From positions 1 to 39,168 of IMG/VR virus record IMGVR_UViG_3300045988_042241: a stretch of DNA of 39,168 nt, one strand, 5' to 3'. Under the pieces are notes generated by a model that saw nothing but the letters and a program-made list of their open reading frames with translations, ran no database searches and was not told the origin of the DNA. The DNA is from a virus. Position 1 is the first letter of the stretch. Each line of letters begins with the position of its first letter. This document shows, piece by piece, positions 24,054 to 33,748 of this stretch. A program made the translations under genes and the position numbers.

Positions 24054-24379
24054 TGGCGGAGCGCGGCAGCCTGCCGGACGGGCTGCTGGCAGACGTCAAA
24101 AATTATCTGAGCATCACATGGAGCGATGAGGCAACGGACGCCAAGGTGTCCGGCCTCATTGCCTCCGGCATGGTGTACTTGGATGACAAGGCGGGGAGCC
24201 GGCAGGACTACACGGCGGACGGAAAGCCCCGGACGCTCTTGATGGAGTATGTGCGGTACGCCAGAGACAGCGCCATGGAGGTATTTGAGACCAATTATCA
24301 GGCACTGATTTTGGGGATGCAGACGGAGAGGCGGGTGAGCGCGTATGCCGTGGACGAGTCCGTACCGACCCCGCAGTGA
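24053..24379 (+). CDS. Head-tail connector (gp6-like)
   Basis: ATGA overlap with the capsid stop. Motif LADVKNYLSITWSDEATDAKV. Confidence 0.65.
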   Translation: MAERGSLPDGLLADVKNYLSITWSDEATDAKVSGLIASGMVYLDDKAGSRQDYTADGKPRTLLMEYVRYARDSAMEVFETNYQALILGMQTERRVSAYAVDESVPTPQ

Positions 24380-24740
24380 CGGGCGGGTGACGCAGGGCTT
24401 TGAGGATGGGATCGTGACCATCTGCACCGTGGAGGACGCGGCGGAGCCGGGCTACCAGCCAAAGCAGCAGCTTGCCGCCAAAATCAAGCTCCGGTACGAG
24501 GAGCGGCGGCTTGGCATCCAGCGCTATTACGAGGGGCGGCAAAATCAAGCCCAAATCGAGCGGGTGCTCCGGGTACCCAAGGCGCCAAACGTCAGCAGTC
24601 AGGACATTGCGGTGACAGAAGACGGTAAACAGTACCGCATTGACCTTGTGCAGACCAACACGGAAAGCTACCCGCCCAGCATGGACTTGACGCTCCTTAA
24701 AATTGAGCAGAGATACGAGGTGGGCCATGACATGGTATGA
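24345..24740 (+). CDS. Head closure / head-tail adaptor protein (start uncertain, ATG 24345 or GTG 24387)
   Basis: Position and size in the neck module. Confidence 0.55.
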   Translation: MPWTSPYRPRSDGRVTQGFEDGIVTICTVEDAAEPGYQPKQQLAAKIKLRYEERRLGIQRYYEGRQNQAQIERVLRVPKAPNVSSQDIAVTEDGKQYRIDLVQTNTESYPPSMDLTLLKIEQRYEVGHDMV

Positions 24741-25041
24741 GCGCATTATCGCCGCCCACCGGGCGGTGACGGAGGCGGTGAGCCACGCGGCCCGCGTCAA
24801 GTCCGAGCGCTACTTTGTGTGGCAGGAGGACGGGTCTAATGACCTTGCCGGGGACAACGGCCACGGCGAGCGGGCCGTGACCGGCACCACGGACCTCTAC
24901 ACCAAACAGGAGCTGGACCCGTGGGCGGACGCGCTGGGGGAGAGCTTTGACGCCCACGGCATTGCGTGGGCGCTGAACTCCGTACAGTATGAGGCGGACA
25001 CCGGATTTTATCACTATGAGTGGGTGTGGGAGGCGCTTTGA
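24727..25041 (+). CDS. Neck/tail-completion protein, 104 aa
   Basis: GAGGTGGG before ATG 24727. Overlaps both neighbours. Confidence 0.55.
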   Translation: MTWYERIIAAHRAVTEAVSHAARVKSERYFVWQEDGSNDLAGDNGHGERAVTGTTDLYTKQELDPWADALGESFDAHGIAWALNSVQYEADTGFYHYEWVWEAL

Positions 25042-25529
25042 TGGCGACTATCAGCTTTAAGGACGGGGAGGAGTACATTTTGAGGCTCAGCCGCCTTGAA
25101 AAAGAGGCTGTGGAAAAAGTTGTCGGCCCGGCCATCCACGATGGAGCAAAAATCGTGGCGGACGCCATCCGGACGGAGCTGCAGGCCGTGCCCACAGACG
25201 AGGGGTGGGGCACGCAGGAGCAGCCGGTGCGCGGCCCGAAAAAAACGCAAAAGGCCGCGCTTTTGGGCGTCCTTGGTATTACCACCATGCAAAAGGACAG
25301 CGAGGGCGTCTACAACGTTAAAATCGGCTTTGACGGGTACAACAACATCCGCTCCAAGCGCTGGCCGCAGGGACAGCCAAACCAGATGATTGCCCGGGCC
25401 ATTGAGAGCGGCACCACATGGATGAGCAAAAACCGCTTTGTAGCCAGAGCGGTGAGCAAAAGCAAAAAGCAGGCCCTTGCCGCCATGAAAAAGCGGGCGG
25501 AGGGCGAAATCGAAAAAATTATGAAATGA
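25041..25529 (+). CDS. HK97 gp10-like tail-completion protein
   Basis: ATGA overlap. 162 aa, positioned before the major tail protein. Confidence 0.6.
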   Translation: MATISFKDGEEYILRLSRLEKEAVEKVVGPAIHDGAKIVADAIRTELQAVPTDEGWGTQEQPVRGPKKTQKAALLGVLGITTMQKDSEGVYNVKIGFDGYNNIRSKRWPQGQPNQMIARAIESGTTWMSKNRFVARAVSKSKKQALAAMKKRAEGEIEKIMK

Positions 25530-25535
25530 GCGCGT

Positions 25536-25548
25536 GTCCGAATCGGAC
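25536..25548. repeat. Dispersed palindrome, copy 5 (before the major tail gene)
   Basis: Lies 7 nt after the stop at 25529; RBS AGAAAGGAG follows. Confidence 0.95.
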
Positions 25549-25568
25549 CGCGAGAAAGGAGCGCTGAC

Positions 25569-26171
25569 ATGGCAACAATAGGACTGAGCAAGCCGTATTA
25601 CGCGATTTATTCCGCCACCGGCAGCACTGTGAGCTACAAGGATGGCGGCGTCATGGGCAAAGCAACGGAGGCCAATGTGGAGATCGAGACCACGGAGGAC
25701 AACAATCTTTACGGTGACAACGCACTGGCAGAGACCGACCGCCGCTTTGCCAGCGGTACGCTGACCCTCTCCACCACGGACCTGAGCCAGACGGTAAGCG
25801 CCGCCATCCTTGGACTCAAAGAGGAGGCCATTACCGGCATCGAGGGCGTGACGGACACCAGCGTCAAAGAGATGATCTATGACGATAGGCAGGTAACGCC
25901 GTACCTTGGTGTGGGCTTTATCATCAAAAAACGGGTCAACGGCGTGGATATGTGGCGTGGAATGATCTTGACCAAGGTCATGTTTTCCGTTCCGGCGGAC
26001 GCGGCCACCACGCAGGGCGAGAGCATCGAGTGGCAGACGCCGGAGCTGAGCGCCGCCATTATGCGGGATGAAAGCGAAAACCACACATGGAAAAAAGAGG
26101 CCACGTTTACAACGGAGACACAGGCAGAGGCTTACATCAAGGCCCGGCTTGGTATTACGGAGGCAGCATGA
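25569..26171 (+). CDS. Major tail protein (phi13-like)
   Basis: 200 aa, RBS AGAAAGGAG, directly upstream of the G/GT chaperone pair. Confidence 0.7.
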   Translation: MATIGLSKPYYAIYSATGSTVSYKDGGVMGKATEANVEIETTEDNNLYGDNALAETDRRFASGTLTLSTTDLSQTVSAAILGLKEEAITGIEGVTDTSVKEMIYDDRQVTPYLGVGFIIKKRVNGVDMWRGMILTKVMFSVPADAATTQGESIEWQTPELSAAIMRDESENHTWKKEATFTTETQAEAYIKARLGITEAA

Positions 26172-26545
26172 GGACAGCGACCATTGACATCTGCGGCCGA
26201 GAGCACCTGCTGTGCTTCTCCGCCCGGGTAGTCCGGGCGGTGACGGAGCGCTACGGCGGCATGGAGCACATTGACGAGGCGCTGACCGCCGAGGACCCGG
26301 TCAAGGCGCTGGACGAAGCGGTTTGGCTGCTGTCGGCCATGATGGACGGTGGGGCACGATACGCCAAAGTCAATGACATTGAGACCGCGCCGCCCCTGAC
26401 AGCAGACGAGCTGCTGGACGTACTGGACATCGGCGATTTTGCAGAGCTGCGGGAAAAGATCGCGGAGACCGTGACCAACGGCATGAGCCGGCACGTGGAG
26501 GCGGACCCCGGAAAAAACGCGGAAACCACTCCGGCAGCCCCTTAG
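26168..26545 (+). CDS. Tail assembly chaperone (gpG-like)
   Basis: ATGA overlap. Acidic 125-aa protein ending just after the slippery site. Confidence 0.75.
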   Translation: MRTATIDICGREHLLCFSARVVRAVTERYGGMEHIDEALTAEDPVKALDEAVWLLSAMMDGGARYAKVNDIETAPPLTADELLDVLDIGDFAELREKIAETVTNGMSRHVEADPGKNAETTPAAP

Positions 26546-26718
26546 CGCCGGAGTGGTTTTTGTGGTACGGGATGGCGGTGGGCCTTACGTACAGCGAGGC
26601 ACTGACCATCCCATTTGGGGAGCTGCTGGACTACATTGCCATTGAGCAGATCAAGCGGGAGGGCTGCAAGCTCCGCCAAGTCCTGACCGATGAAGAAATC
26701 ATACCGGATGTGAGGTGA
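26168..26718 (+). CDS. Tail assembly chaperone -1 frameshift product (gpGT-like)
   Basis: The -1 frame is open from the slippery A_AAA_AAC (26512..26518) to TGA 26716..26718, 4 nt before the tape-measure ATG. Confidence 0.7.
26512..26558 (+). promoter_or_regulatory. Programmed -1 ribosomal frameshift signal (slippery heptamer plus stimulatory hairpin)
   Basis: A_AAA_AAC in the zero frame (gga aaa aac), a 5-nt spacer, then a perfect 12-bp stem AACCACTCCGGC / GCCGGAGTGGTT (26524..26535 and 26547..26558). Confidence 0.75.
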
Positions 26719-26722
26719 GACT

Positions 26723-28711
26723 ATGGCGGCTGATATTGGCCCCAAAATCGGCATAGACGGGGAAAAAGAATTTAGAGACGCGCTGAACTCCATGGGACAG
26801 CAGCTTAAGACCCTTGGAACGGAAATGAAGGCAGTGACCTCTGCCTTTGACGTTGATAACAACAGCCAGAAAAAATTAGCATCGCAGTCCGACATACTGA
26901 GCCGACAGTTAGAGGTCCAGCAGCAGCGCATCACGGAGATTCAAAAGGCGCTGGATTATGCTAAATCCAATTACGCGGAGAACAGCAACGAGGTGCAGCG
27001 GTGGCAGCAGGCGCTGAACAATGCCACGGCGGACATGAACAAGACAAAAGCCGCTATCAAGAACCTTGGAGACGAAAGCGGGAAAAGCGGGGAAAAGGTC
27101 AGCACATTCGGCGAGGTGCTGAAGGCCAATCTGCTGAGCACCGCAATTGTCGAAGGCGTCAAGACGATTACCGACGCCATCAAAAATATGGCCGGTGAGT
27201 TTATCGACTCTGCGGCCACAGTCAAGGCGGAAACGGCAGCATTTGAGCAGACCTTCGGGGACTTTGCCGGAACAGCAACAGCGGCCATTGGCCGAGTTGC
27301 TGACAGCTCCGGCATCCTGCAAACGCGGCTCAACACCATAGGCAGCAAAATCTATGCGTTTGCCAGATCGTCCGGCGGCGACGTTGAGCAGAGCATGTCC
27401 CTGATGGAGCGTGCTCTCCAGGCGGCAGCGGACAGCGCGGCATACTACGATACCAGCGTGGAGCAGGCAACGGAATCCCTCCAATCGTTTTTAAAGGGCA
27501 ACTATGCCAACGATGCAGCGCTGGGCCTGTCTGCCACGGAGGCCACCCGAAATGCGGCGGCTATGAAACTGTTCGGTGACGCGTTTAATAATTTGTCGGA
27601 GATCCAGAAGCAGGAAACACTGCTCCAAATGGTGCTGGATGCTCAGAAGCTTTCCGGCGCTATGGGGCAGGCGGCCCGTGAGGCTGACGGCTGGGAAAAC
27701 GTGATGGGCAACCTGTCGGAGACATGGAGACAGTTTCAGGCAAATGTGGGAGCGCCGGTGCTTGAAAACCTTGTCCCCATTATCCAGAACATCACAACGG
27801 CGCTGCAAGGCTGGATCGACGGCGTGGACTGGGACGCTTTTACGGCGGACGTCAACAACTTTGTGGACACCATTTTAAACAACGGTGACTTGATTCTCTC
27901 TATTATTGCGGGAATCGGCGCGGCCTTTGTGACTTGGAATGTGGCATCCTTAATCAACGGTGCGGTCAATGCAATCAAGGCATTTCAGGCGGCGAATGAA
28001 GGCGCTACCGTTGCGCAGGCCGCGCTGAATCTGGTTATGTCGGCGAATCCAATCGGGATTGTTGTTACGGCGATTGCAGCACTTGTCACCGGCCTTATTG
28101 CGTTTTACAAAACGAATGACGAATTCCGGGAAAAGGTCAATGCGGCATGGGCAGCGGTGAAAACGGCGGTGCTTAACGCTTGCACAGCTTTTGAAAACGC
28201 TGTTGACAAGTTTTTTGACAAGGTCGTGGAAATTGGAAACGCTGTGGTCAGCTTTTTCAAATCGGTCCCTAAACAGATGGTTGAAATCGGCAAAAATATT
28301 GTCATGGGGCTATGGGATGGCATCAAGGCTATGGCCAGTTGGATCGGAGACAAGGTATCCGGCTTTTTTGGCGGTATTGTGGACAGCGTCAAGGGTATGC
28401 TGGGGATCCACTCGCCGAGCCGGGTATTTGCGGGTATCGGCAAAAATATGGCGCTGGGACTGGGCGAGGGTTTTGACAAGCAGATGCAGGGCGTGTCCGC
28501 CAGCATCCAGAGCGCCATCCCCACGCCGACGGTGGATACCGTGTACAACGCGGCGGCCGGGATGGTCAACGGCCTTGCGGCGGCCAACGCCGGCAACGGA
28601 GGCAGCTACACGATCAATCTGGTGCTGCAAAACGGCGCACAGATCGCAAGCTGGCTGCTGCCGGACATCCGCACAGCGTCCAAAAACAACCCGGAGGTGG
28701 CAACGGCATGA
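26723..28711 (+). CDS. Tail tape measure protein
   Basis: 662 aa, helical and A/Q-rich, with a GIHSPSRVF motif. Follows the G/GT pair. Confidence 0.9.
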   Translation: MAADIGPKIGIDGEKEFRDALNSMGQQLKTLGTEMKAVTSAFDVDNNSQKKLASQSDILSRQLEVQQQRITEIQKALDYAKSNYAENSNEVQRWQQALNNATADMNKTKAAIKNLGDESGKSGEKVSTFGEVLKANLLSTAIVEGVKTITDAIKNMAGEFIDSAATVKAETAAFEQTFGDFAGTATAAIGRVADSSGILQTRLNTIGSKIYAFARSSGGDVEQSMSLMERALQAAADSAAYYDTSVEQATESLQSFLKGNYANDAALGLSATEATRNAAAMKLFGDAFNNLSEIQKQETLLQMVLDAQKLSGAMGQAAREADGWENVMGNLSETWRQFQANVGAPVLENLVPIIQNITTALQGWIDGVDWDAFTADVNNFVDTILNNGDLILSIIAGIGAAFVTWNVASLINGAVNAIKAFQAANEGATVAQAALNLVMSANPIGIVVTAIAALVTGLIAFYKTNDEFREKVNAAWAAVKTAVLNACTAFENAVDKFFDKVVEIGNAVVSFFKSVPKQMVEIGKNIVMGLWDGIKAMASWIGDKVSGFFGGIVDSVKGMLGIHSPSRVFAGIGKNMALGLGEGFDKQMQGVSASIQSAIPTPTVDTVYNAAAGMVNGLAAANAGNGGSYTINLVLQNGAQIASWLLPDIRTASKNNPEVATA

Positions 28712-29082
28712 CACAGCTTATCGTAGGCGGCGTGTATCTGCCGCAGACCAGCGGGGACAAGTACCAATGCTATCCCGGCGAGCTTAACGTGACGGTGGAG
28801 ATGATCTCCGGTCGGACGGTGATTGAGCAGCGGGGACACGTGCAGATGATCTCTTACAGCTACGATTATCTGGGCAACGATCTCTGGCGGCGGCTGGCGG
28901 CGGTGCTGCGGAGCGGCAAATCCTTTCCTGTGGTGTATCTCCCGGACGATGGAGACACCATGCGGAGCGGCACGTTTCTTTTAGACAGCCTGACCCAGCC
29001 GTTTTACGCCTTCGACCGCAACGGCGTTGGGCTGTGGCACAACATCGCCTTCACCCTGCGGGAGGAGGCACCTCATGATTAA
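28708..29082 (+). CDS. Small distal tail component, 124 aa
   Basis: ATGA overlap with the tape-measure stop. Position-based call. Confidence 0.5.
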   Translation: MTQLIVGGVYLPQTSGDKYQCYPGELNVTVEMISGRTVIEQRGHVQMISYSYDYLGNDLWRRLAAVLRSGKSFPVVYLPDDGDTMRSGTFLLDSLTQPFYAFDRNGVGLWHNIAFTLREEAPHD

Positions 29083-31183
29083 GACGTCTGAGACGTTCCG
29101 AGCGGCCATCGTGGGCAGTCCCCGGCGCATCGAGATCTTGGCGGTGGTGGACATCTCTGACCCGGATACGGTATTCGGCACGGTGTCCGGGTCGACTCTG
29201 GCACCGTGGAGCAAAAAAGAGGATCTACATGACCACAACTTTGACCCGCCTGCACGGTACGCCACGTTAGAGCGGGACCGGTGGGCGCTGGATGGCTCCT
29301 TTGACGTGTTCCCGAACGATTTCAAGGTGACGGCGCACATGGGGACCGCCACGGACGCCCTCTCCGGGGAAGACGGCACGTTTTCCCCGGCGGTGTGGAC
29401 GCAGCTCAATTTTTCCGGCGTGGATATTCTTCAGGCGGCCAGCGTGTTTTTCTCCACTGACCCGTTGGACGGGTACCCGGTGGATTTCACGGTGGAGGTG
29501 CTGCAGGGCGGCACGGCGTATTTTACCAAAAAAATCACCGGGAACAAGGCGAAGTCCGTGGCGGTGGACGGGTTTTCCGTCTACAACCCGGACGCCATCC
29601 GGGTGACGTGCACCAAATGGTCACGGCCCGGGCGGCGGATGCGGCTGGTGGAGATCCTGCCGGGGATCTATGAGCAGTGGGACGGCAATATGCTGGCGGA
29701 GTTTAGCGTCAAGCAGCAGGGCAACGTAGGCTGTACGGCGCTGCCGTACGGCACGTGCACCATCAAAATGGACAATGCTAACCGGCGGTTTGAGCCGCGG
29801 AAGAAAAACGGACTGTTTCAATCCATCGAGGACCGGCAGGGCATTGAAATTTTCATCGGCGTGCGGAACGCCAACGGCGCCGTGGAGCGGTGCAAGCTGG
29901 GAACGTACTACCAGTACGGCGACGGCTGGAAGACCGGCGACAACAACATTACCATGCAGTGGTACCTCGTGGACATCATCGGCCTTTTAGCGGATCGGGA
30001 ATTTATTCCGCCGTCGACGCTCCCCACCACCCTTGGGGGGTGGCTGAGCGCCCTGACGGGGCAGCTGGGCGTCAACTTTAAGGACTGCTGGCACGCGGAC
30101 AGCAATTACACGGCGCTGCCGGTAACGGTAAGCAACCGCGAGGACGTGCAGGGCAAAAAATGCGGGGACATTATCCGCTGGGTGTGTATGGCTACGGGGA
30201 CATGGCCCCGGGCGGACGCGGCCACGGGAGACCTGACAGCGGAGCCGCTTTGGAGCGAGGGCAACAAGCTGACCTTGGACAACCTGACCGCGTACCCCAC
30301 CATGAGCGCCAACGAGAGCATTGCGGCTATCATTTTTACCCTTAACGATGGGAGCAACACGCAGTACATTGTCTCCGGCAACTCCACCAGCAGCTCCAGC
30401 ACGGTGAGCGTGCAAAACCCGTTTATCAAGACGCAGGCGCAGGCGCTGGCGGCGGCCAAAAATATTTTGGCAACCTACGGCGGCAACGTGCTGGACCTGA
30501 CGGGCCGGGGCGACCCGTCCAGCGAGATCGGGGACGTGGACACGGTGTGGCTGGACGAGAGCCAAGCCACTACGGCACGGCGGATCATGCAGACGTTTTC
30601 CATCTCGTCCGGGGTGCTGCAGGGCTGCCAGAGCCAGCTATTGCAGGCAGACGGCGCGTTTTTATTCACCGGCCGGGAGGTCATCACCACACCCGGCACG
30701 TGGAAGGCCCCGGCGGGCAAGAAGTCTCTGCGGGTCATTCTTGTGGGCAAGGGCGGCAACGGCACGGGAGGAACTGACGGCACGTGGGAATACGCAGGCA
30801 ATGACGGTACAGACGGTTTAGGCGGTCTGGTTTGGACGGGGACCATCAATATTAACGATCATCAGGCATTTGAGGTGAGCCTTGGCGAACATACTGTTTT
30901 TGGCGCGTATAGCTCCGCCAACGGGAAACAGTACGAGAACGGCTATACGGATGTAGCCAGCGGCGATAGCTTTGCCCGTACGGGCGTGAAATATCCAAGG
31001 CCGGGAACCGGAGACGGCGGGGCAAAAGGACTTGGCGGCGTGAAAGGCGAACGCGAAAAAATCAAGTGGAAGGACGAATCGGGCGCATCACACAGCTATT
31101 GGAAGGTCTACCAAGAGCCAGGGCCAGGACAAGCCGGGACACCCGGCGCATTGGGCTGCGTGGTGATCTACTATGACAAGTGA
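29075..31183 (+). CDS. Tail tip / tail-associated protein with a C-terminal glycine-rich domain
   Basis: 702 aa, RBS GGGAGGAGG. C-terminal motif TPGTWKAPAGKKSLRVILVGKGGNGTGGTDG. Confidence 0.7.
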   Translation: MIKTSETFRAAIVGSPRRIEILAVVDISDPDTVFGTVSGSTLAPWSKKEDLHDHNFDPPARYATLERDRWALDGSFDVFPNDFKVTAHMGTATDALSGEDGTFSPAVWTQLNFSGVDILQAASVFFSTDPLDGYPVDFTVEVLQGGTAYFTKKITGNKAKSVAVDGFSVYNPDAIRVTCTKWSRPGRRMRLVEILPGIYEQWDGNMLAEFSVKQQGNVGCTALPYGTCTIKMDNANRRFEPRKKNGLFQSIEDRQGIEIFIGVRNANGAVERCKLGTYYQYGDGWKTGDNNITMQWYLVDIIGLLADREFIPPSTLPTTLGGWLSALTGQLGVNFKDCWHADSNYTALPVTVSNREDVQGKKCGDIIRWVCMATGTWPRADAATGDLTAEPLWSEGNKLTLDNLTAYPTMSANESIAAIIFTLNDGSNTQYIVSGNSTSSSSTVSVQNPFIKTQAQALAAAKNILATYGGNVLDLTGRGDPSSEIGDVDTVWLDESQATTARRIMQTFSISSGVLQGCQSQLLQADGAFLFTGREVITTPGTWKAPAGKKSLRVILVGKGGNGTGGTDGTWEYAGNDGTDGLGGLVWTGTININDHQAFEVSLGEHTVFGAYSSANGKQYENGYTDVASGDSFARTGVKYPRPGTGDGGAKGLGGVKGEREKIKWKDESGASHSYWKVYQEPGPGQAGTPGALGCVVIYYDK

Positions 31184-31186
31184 GCG

Positions 31187-31199
31187 GTCCGATTCGGAC
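31187..31199. repeat. Dispersed palindrome GTCCGATTCGGAC, copy 6 (after the 702-aa tail gene)
   Basis: Lies 4 nt after the stop at 31183; RBS GGGAGGG follows. Confidence 0.95.
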
Positions 31200-31211
31200 A
31201 CGGGAGGGCGT

Positions 31212-31604
31212 ATGGCGTTTGATTTTTCCACACTCATTACTGACCGAGGGCCGGGAACGTTTTACAACGTTTCTGATCTCAACCGGGTTGGCGAGGCGGT
31301 GCGGTATCTGGCGGAGCGGTTTACCGGCTATGGCTACGCCGTAACGGTCAACCCCAAGACGGACTGGACGGAGGACAATGTGCCAACGCGGAAGCAACTG
31401 GAAACGTACCGGCGGAATATCGCGGAGCTGCGGCGGCAGCTTACAGTGATGGCGGCCACGCCGGAGACGCCAGAGACCATGCGGGCGCTAAATTACGTCA
31501 AGGCCAACAACATTGAGCGTATTTTGCAGGACCTCGACACCCTTATCACCAACATGGAGCAGGCGTGGTTTTTCTCCGGCGATCTGTACGCCGGAGAGAC
31601 CTGA
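31212..31604 (+). CDS. Tail-fibre-associated hypothetical protein, 130 aa
   Basis: RBS GGGAGGG. Sits between the two glycine-rich tail genes. Confidence 0.6.
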   Translation: MAFDFSTLITDRGPGTFYNVSDLNRVGEAVRYLAERFTGYGYAVTVNPKTDWTEDNVPTRKQLETYRRNIAELRRQLTVMAATPETPETMRALNYVKANNIERILQDLDTLITNMEQAWFFSGDLYAGET

Positions 31605-31615
31605 AAGGAGACAAT

Positions 31616-32779
31616 ATGCAGGACAGAGTACCACTTTATCCGGGGCGGGTGACGCTGACCCCGGTGGCCGGACAGGAAAACACCTTTGATATGGCCCGGG
31701 CCGACCAGCCCACGCAGGAGGGGACGCCGATCAATAAGGCCACATTGCTCAAAGATGTGACTGCCTCTATTTTAGGCTTGCCCAATACTGCGGTCCCAGA
31801 TGATGCTTTTTTAGCGCTGACTATCGGCATTGGCACCTATGGCTACCGGGTCAAAATCCAGCTTGCGGACGGGACGCCTGTGGAGGGGGCAACGGTCAGC
31901 GGCATTACGTCCCTGACCGGCTCCACGCTGGTAAGTGGGGCAGACGGCATTGTTTTGGGTAAATCCACCAGCCAGACTGTGACTATTAGCTGCACCAGCC
32001 CCTATATCGACCAAGCGGCCCCGGCCAGCCAGAGCGTCACCGCCACGGGGACGATTACCGATGTGACGCTGACGCTGACCTCTATCACGGATATGATTAC
32101 CGTAACAAGCAGCAAGACCACAAAAGTTTCTCCCATGGCAAAGACCATGGACGTCACCGCTGTCGGAGGTGGCGGAGGTGGCGGCGGATACAACCAAAAC
32201 TCAAGATATGATGGTGCCGGTGCTGGTGGTGGTGGTGGATATGTCTCGACAAAGATTGGTGTAGAGTGTGTTGATAAATTGCTCAAAATTACAATTGGCG
32301 GAAGGGGCTGGGGGTCAAATTATGCGGATGGTAATGTTTCAGCTGGCGGGAACGGTGGAGATACATCGTTGCAAATTGATGGGGTATCAGCCCTTACCGC
32401 AAATGGCGGTAAGGGTGGTGCAGGCGGCTCATCAGGCCCAACAGCGGGCGGAAGCGGAAATGGAAGCGGTGGCAATGGCGGAAGATATAGTGATGTTGCA
32501 CAACCGGGTGGTTCCGGTTCTGGTTATATTTTTAACGATTCCAACCTTGGACGCGCCGGTGGTGGAGGCGGTGGGGGAGGATTTTCCGGCAATAATGCTA
32601 CTGATGCAACAGCCAAAAGTGGCGGCTTACCGTATGGGGGAAAAGGAGGGACACAAGAAGGAACGTATTCCGGGACTTCCGGCATTGGCCCGGGTGGAGG
32701 TGGCGGCGGCGCTGGTGGTAGTAATGGCAACGGCGGCGCTGGCGGCTCTGGCCAAATGTATCTCCGCTTCCATTTTTAA
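31616..32779 (+). CDS. Tail fibre / receptor-binding protein with a glycine-rich C-terminal domain
   Basis: Begins MQDRVPLYPGRVTLTPV. Poly-G blocks in the C-terminal half. GC drops from 70% (31861..31920) to 43% (32221..32280). Confidence 0.7.
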   Translation: MQDRVPLYPGRVTLTPVAGQENTFDMARADQPTQEGTPINKATLLKDVTASILGLPNTAVPDDAFLALTIGIGTYGYRVKIQLADGTPVEGATVSGITSLTGSTLVSGADGIVLGKSTSQTVTISCTSPYIDQAAPASQSVTATGTITDVTLTLTSITDMITVTSSKTTKVSPMAKTMDVTAVGGGGGGGGYNQNSRYDGAGAGGGGGYVSTKIGVECVDKLLKITIGGRGWGSNYADGNVSAGGNGGDTSLQIDGVSALTANGGKGGAGGSSGPTAGGSGNGSGGNGGRYSDVAQPGGSGSGYIFNDSNLGRAGGGGGGGGFSGNNATDATAKSGGLPYGGKGGTQEGTYSGTSGIGPGGGGGGAGGSNGNGGAGGSGQMYLRFHF

Positions 32780-32791
32780 GGGGGTGTGATT

Positions 32792-33007
32792 ATGGATTAC
32801 TGCATTGTCAACAGTGAGGGCATCATCGTCAATATCATCGTGTGCGAGGACGCCGCCACGGCGGCAGAGTTCGGGGCCGTGGAGAGCTACGAGGGAGCGC
32901 ATATCGGGGGACAATATGACCCGCCTATCCCCGTGACCCAGCTTGACCGCATCGAGGCGCAGAGCGTTTACACCGCCATGATGACCGACACGCTGATGGA
33001 GGGCTGA
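32792..33007 (+). CDS. Hypothetical protein, 71 aa
   Basis: AAGGGGG 7 nt before ATG 32792. Confidence 0.55.
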   Translation: MDYCIVNSEGIIVNIIVCEDAATAAEFGAVESYEGAHIGGQYDPPIPVTQLDRIEAQSVYTAMMTDTLMEG

Positions 33008-33008
33008 G

Positions 33009-33146
33009 ATGAAAGAGAAAATCGCAAGATGGTACGCGCAGGGGCTTTGGAGCCGGGACATGGTGCTGAACGCCGTAAAAAAAGGCGTTCTGACCGATGG
33101 GGAGGCGGGGGAGATTCTCAGCGGCGGGGCAACTGCACGAGAGTAA
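33009..33146 (+). CDS. XkdX-family small protein, 45 aa
   Basis: Sequence MKEKIARWYAQGLWSRDMVLNAVKKGVLTDGEAGEIL. Below the ORF-track size cutoff. Confidence 0.6.
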   Translation: MKEKIARWYAQGLWSRDMVLNAVKKGVLTDGEAGEILSGGATARE

Positions 33147-33190
33147 GTCGGATTTTTAATCCTTAAGCTGCAAATTAAGGAGCGTGACGC

Positions 33191-33535
33191 ATGGAAAATG
33201 CATGGTCTGTATTTTTATCCGCCGCATTAGGCGGGAGCGGCCTCGTGGGGCTGGTGGTGTGGGGTATCAAGCGGCGGGTAGAGCAGCGGGCAGCCGTGCA
33301 AGCGGCGGAGCTGGCAAAAAAAGAGGACACCCGGCAAAAAATCGCCGCCGTGTTGGAGCACAATCAGCGGGTAGACAAGACGTTAGAGGGCATGGCAAAG
33401 GAAAACACCCTGCAATGCTACTGCCTGCTGGCGGCTCTGCGAGGATTGGAGGAGCAAGGCTGTGACGGTCCGGTTAAGGACGGTATCAACCGGCTGGAAA
33501 AGCACTTAAACAAAAAAGCACATGAGGTGGCGTAA
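33191..33535 (+). CDS. N-terminally membrane-anchored protein (holin-associated?)
   Basis: RBS AAGGAG. TM segment VFLSAALGGSGLVGLVVWGI followed by a helical soluble part. Confidence 0.55.
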   Translation: MENAWSVFLSAALGGSGLVGLVVWGIKRRVEQRAAVQAAELAKKEDTRQKIAAVLEHNQRVDKTLEGMAKENTLQCYCLLAALRGLEEQGCDGPVKDGINRLEKHLNKKAHEVA

Positions 33536-33556
33536 CCACCGGAAAGGAGCGCACAT

Positions 33557-33748
33557 ATGCTGGAATTGCTGAGGAAACGGGCGGCAAACCTGCTGTCTGT
33601 CAAGAGTCTCGTGACCCTGACGCTGACCGCTGTATTTGCGGTGCTGGCGCTGCGGGGTACGGTCAGCGGGACGGAGTTTCTGACCATCTTTACAACGGTC
33701 ATTGCGTTTTATTTTGGCACGCAGAGAGTGGCAGAGGACAAGTCCTGA
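33557..33748 (+). CDS. Holin candidate, 2 TM, 63 aa
   Basis: RBS GGAAAGGAG. Two hydrophobic segments and a charged C-terminus. Lies upstream of the lysin genes. Confidence 0.55.
   Translation: MLELLRKRAANLLSVKSLVTLTLTAVFAVLALRGTVSGTEFLTIFTTVIAFYFGTQRVAEDKS

Noticed and set aside
25014-26084. 356-aa ORF on the minus strand
   Set aside because: It is antisense to the gp10-like and major tail genes. It has no start context and a biased Arg/Gly/Ala/His content.
31616-32779. A diversity-generating retroelement acting on the tail fibre
   Set aside because: No reverse transcriptase gene is present anywhere in the genome, and I could not find a template/variable repeat pair. The variation signal is a compositional breakpoint instead.
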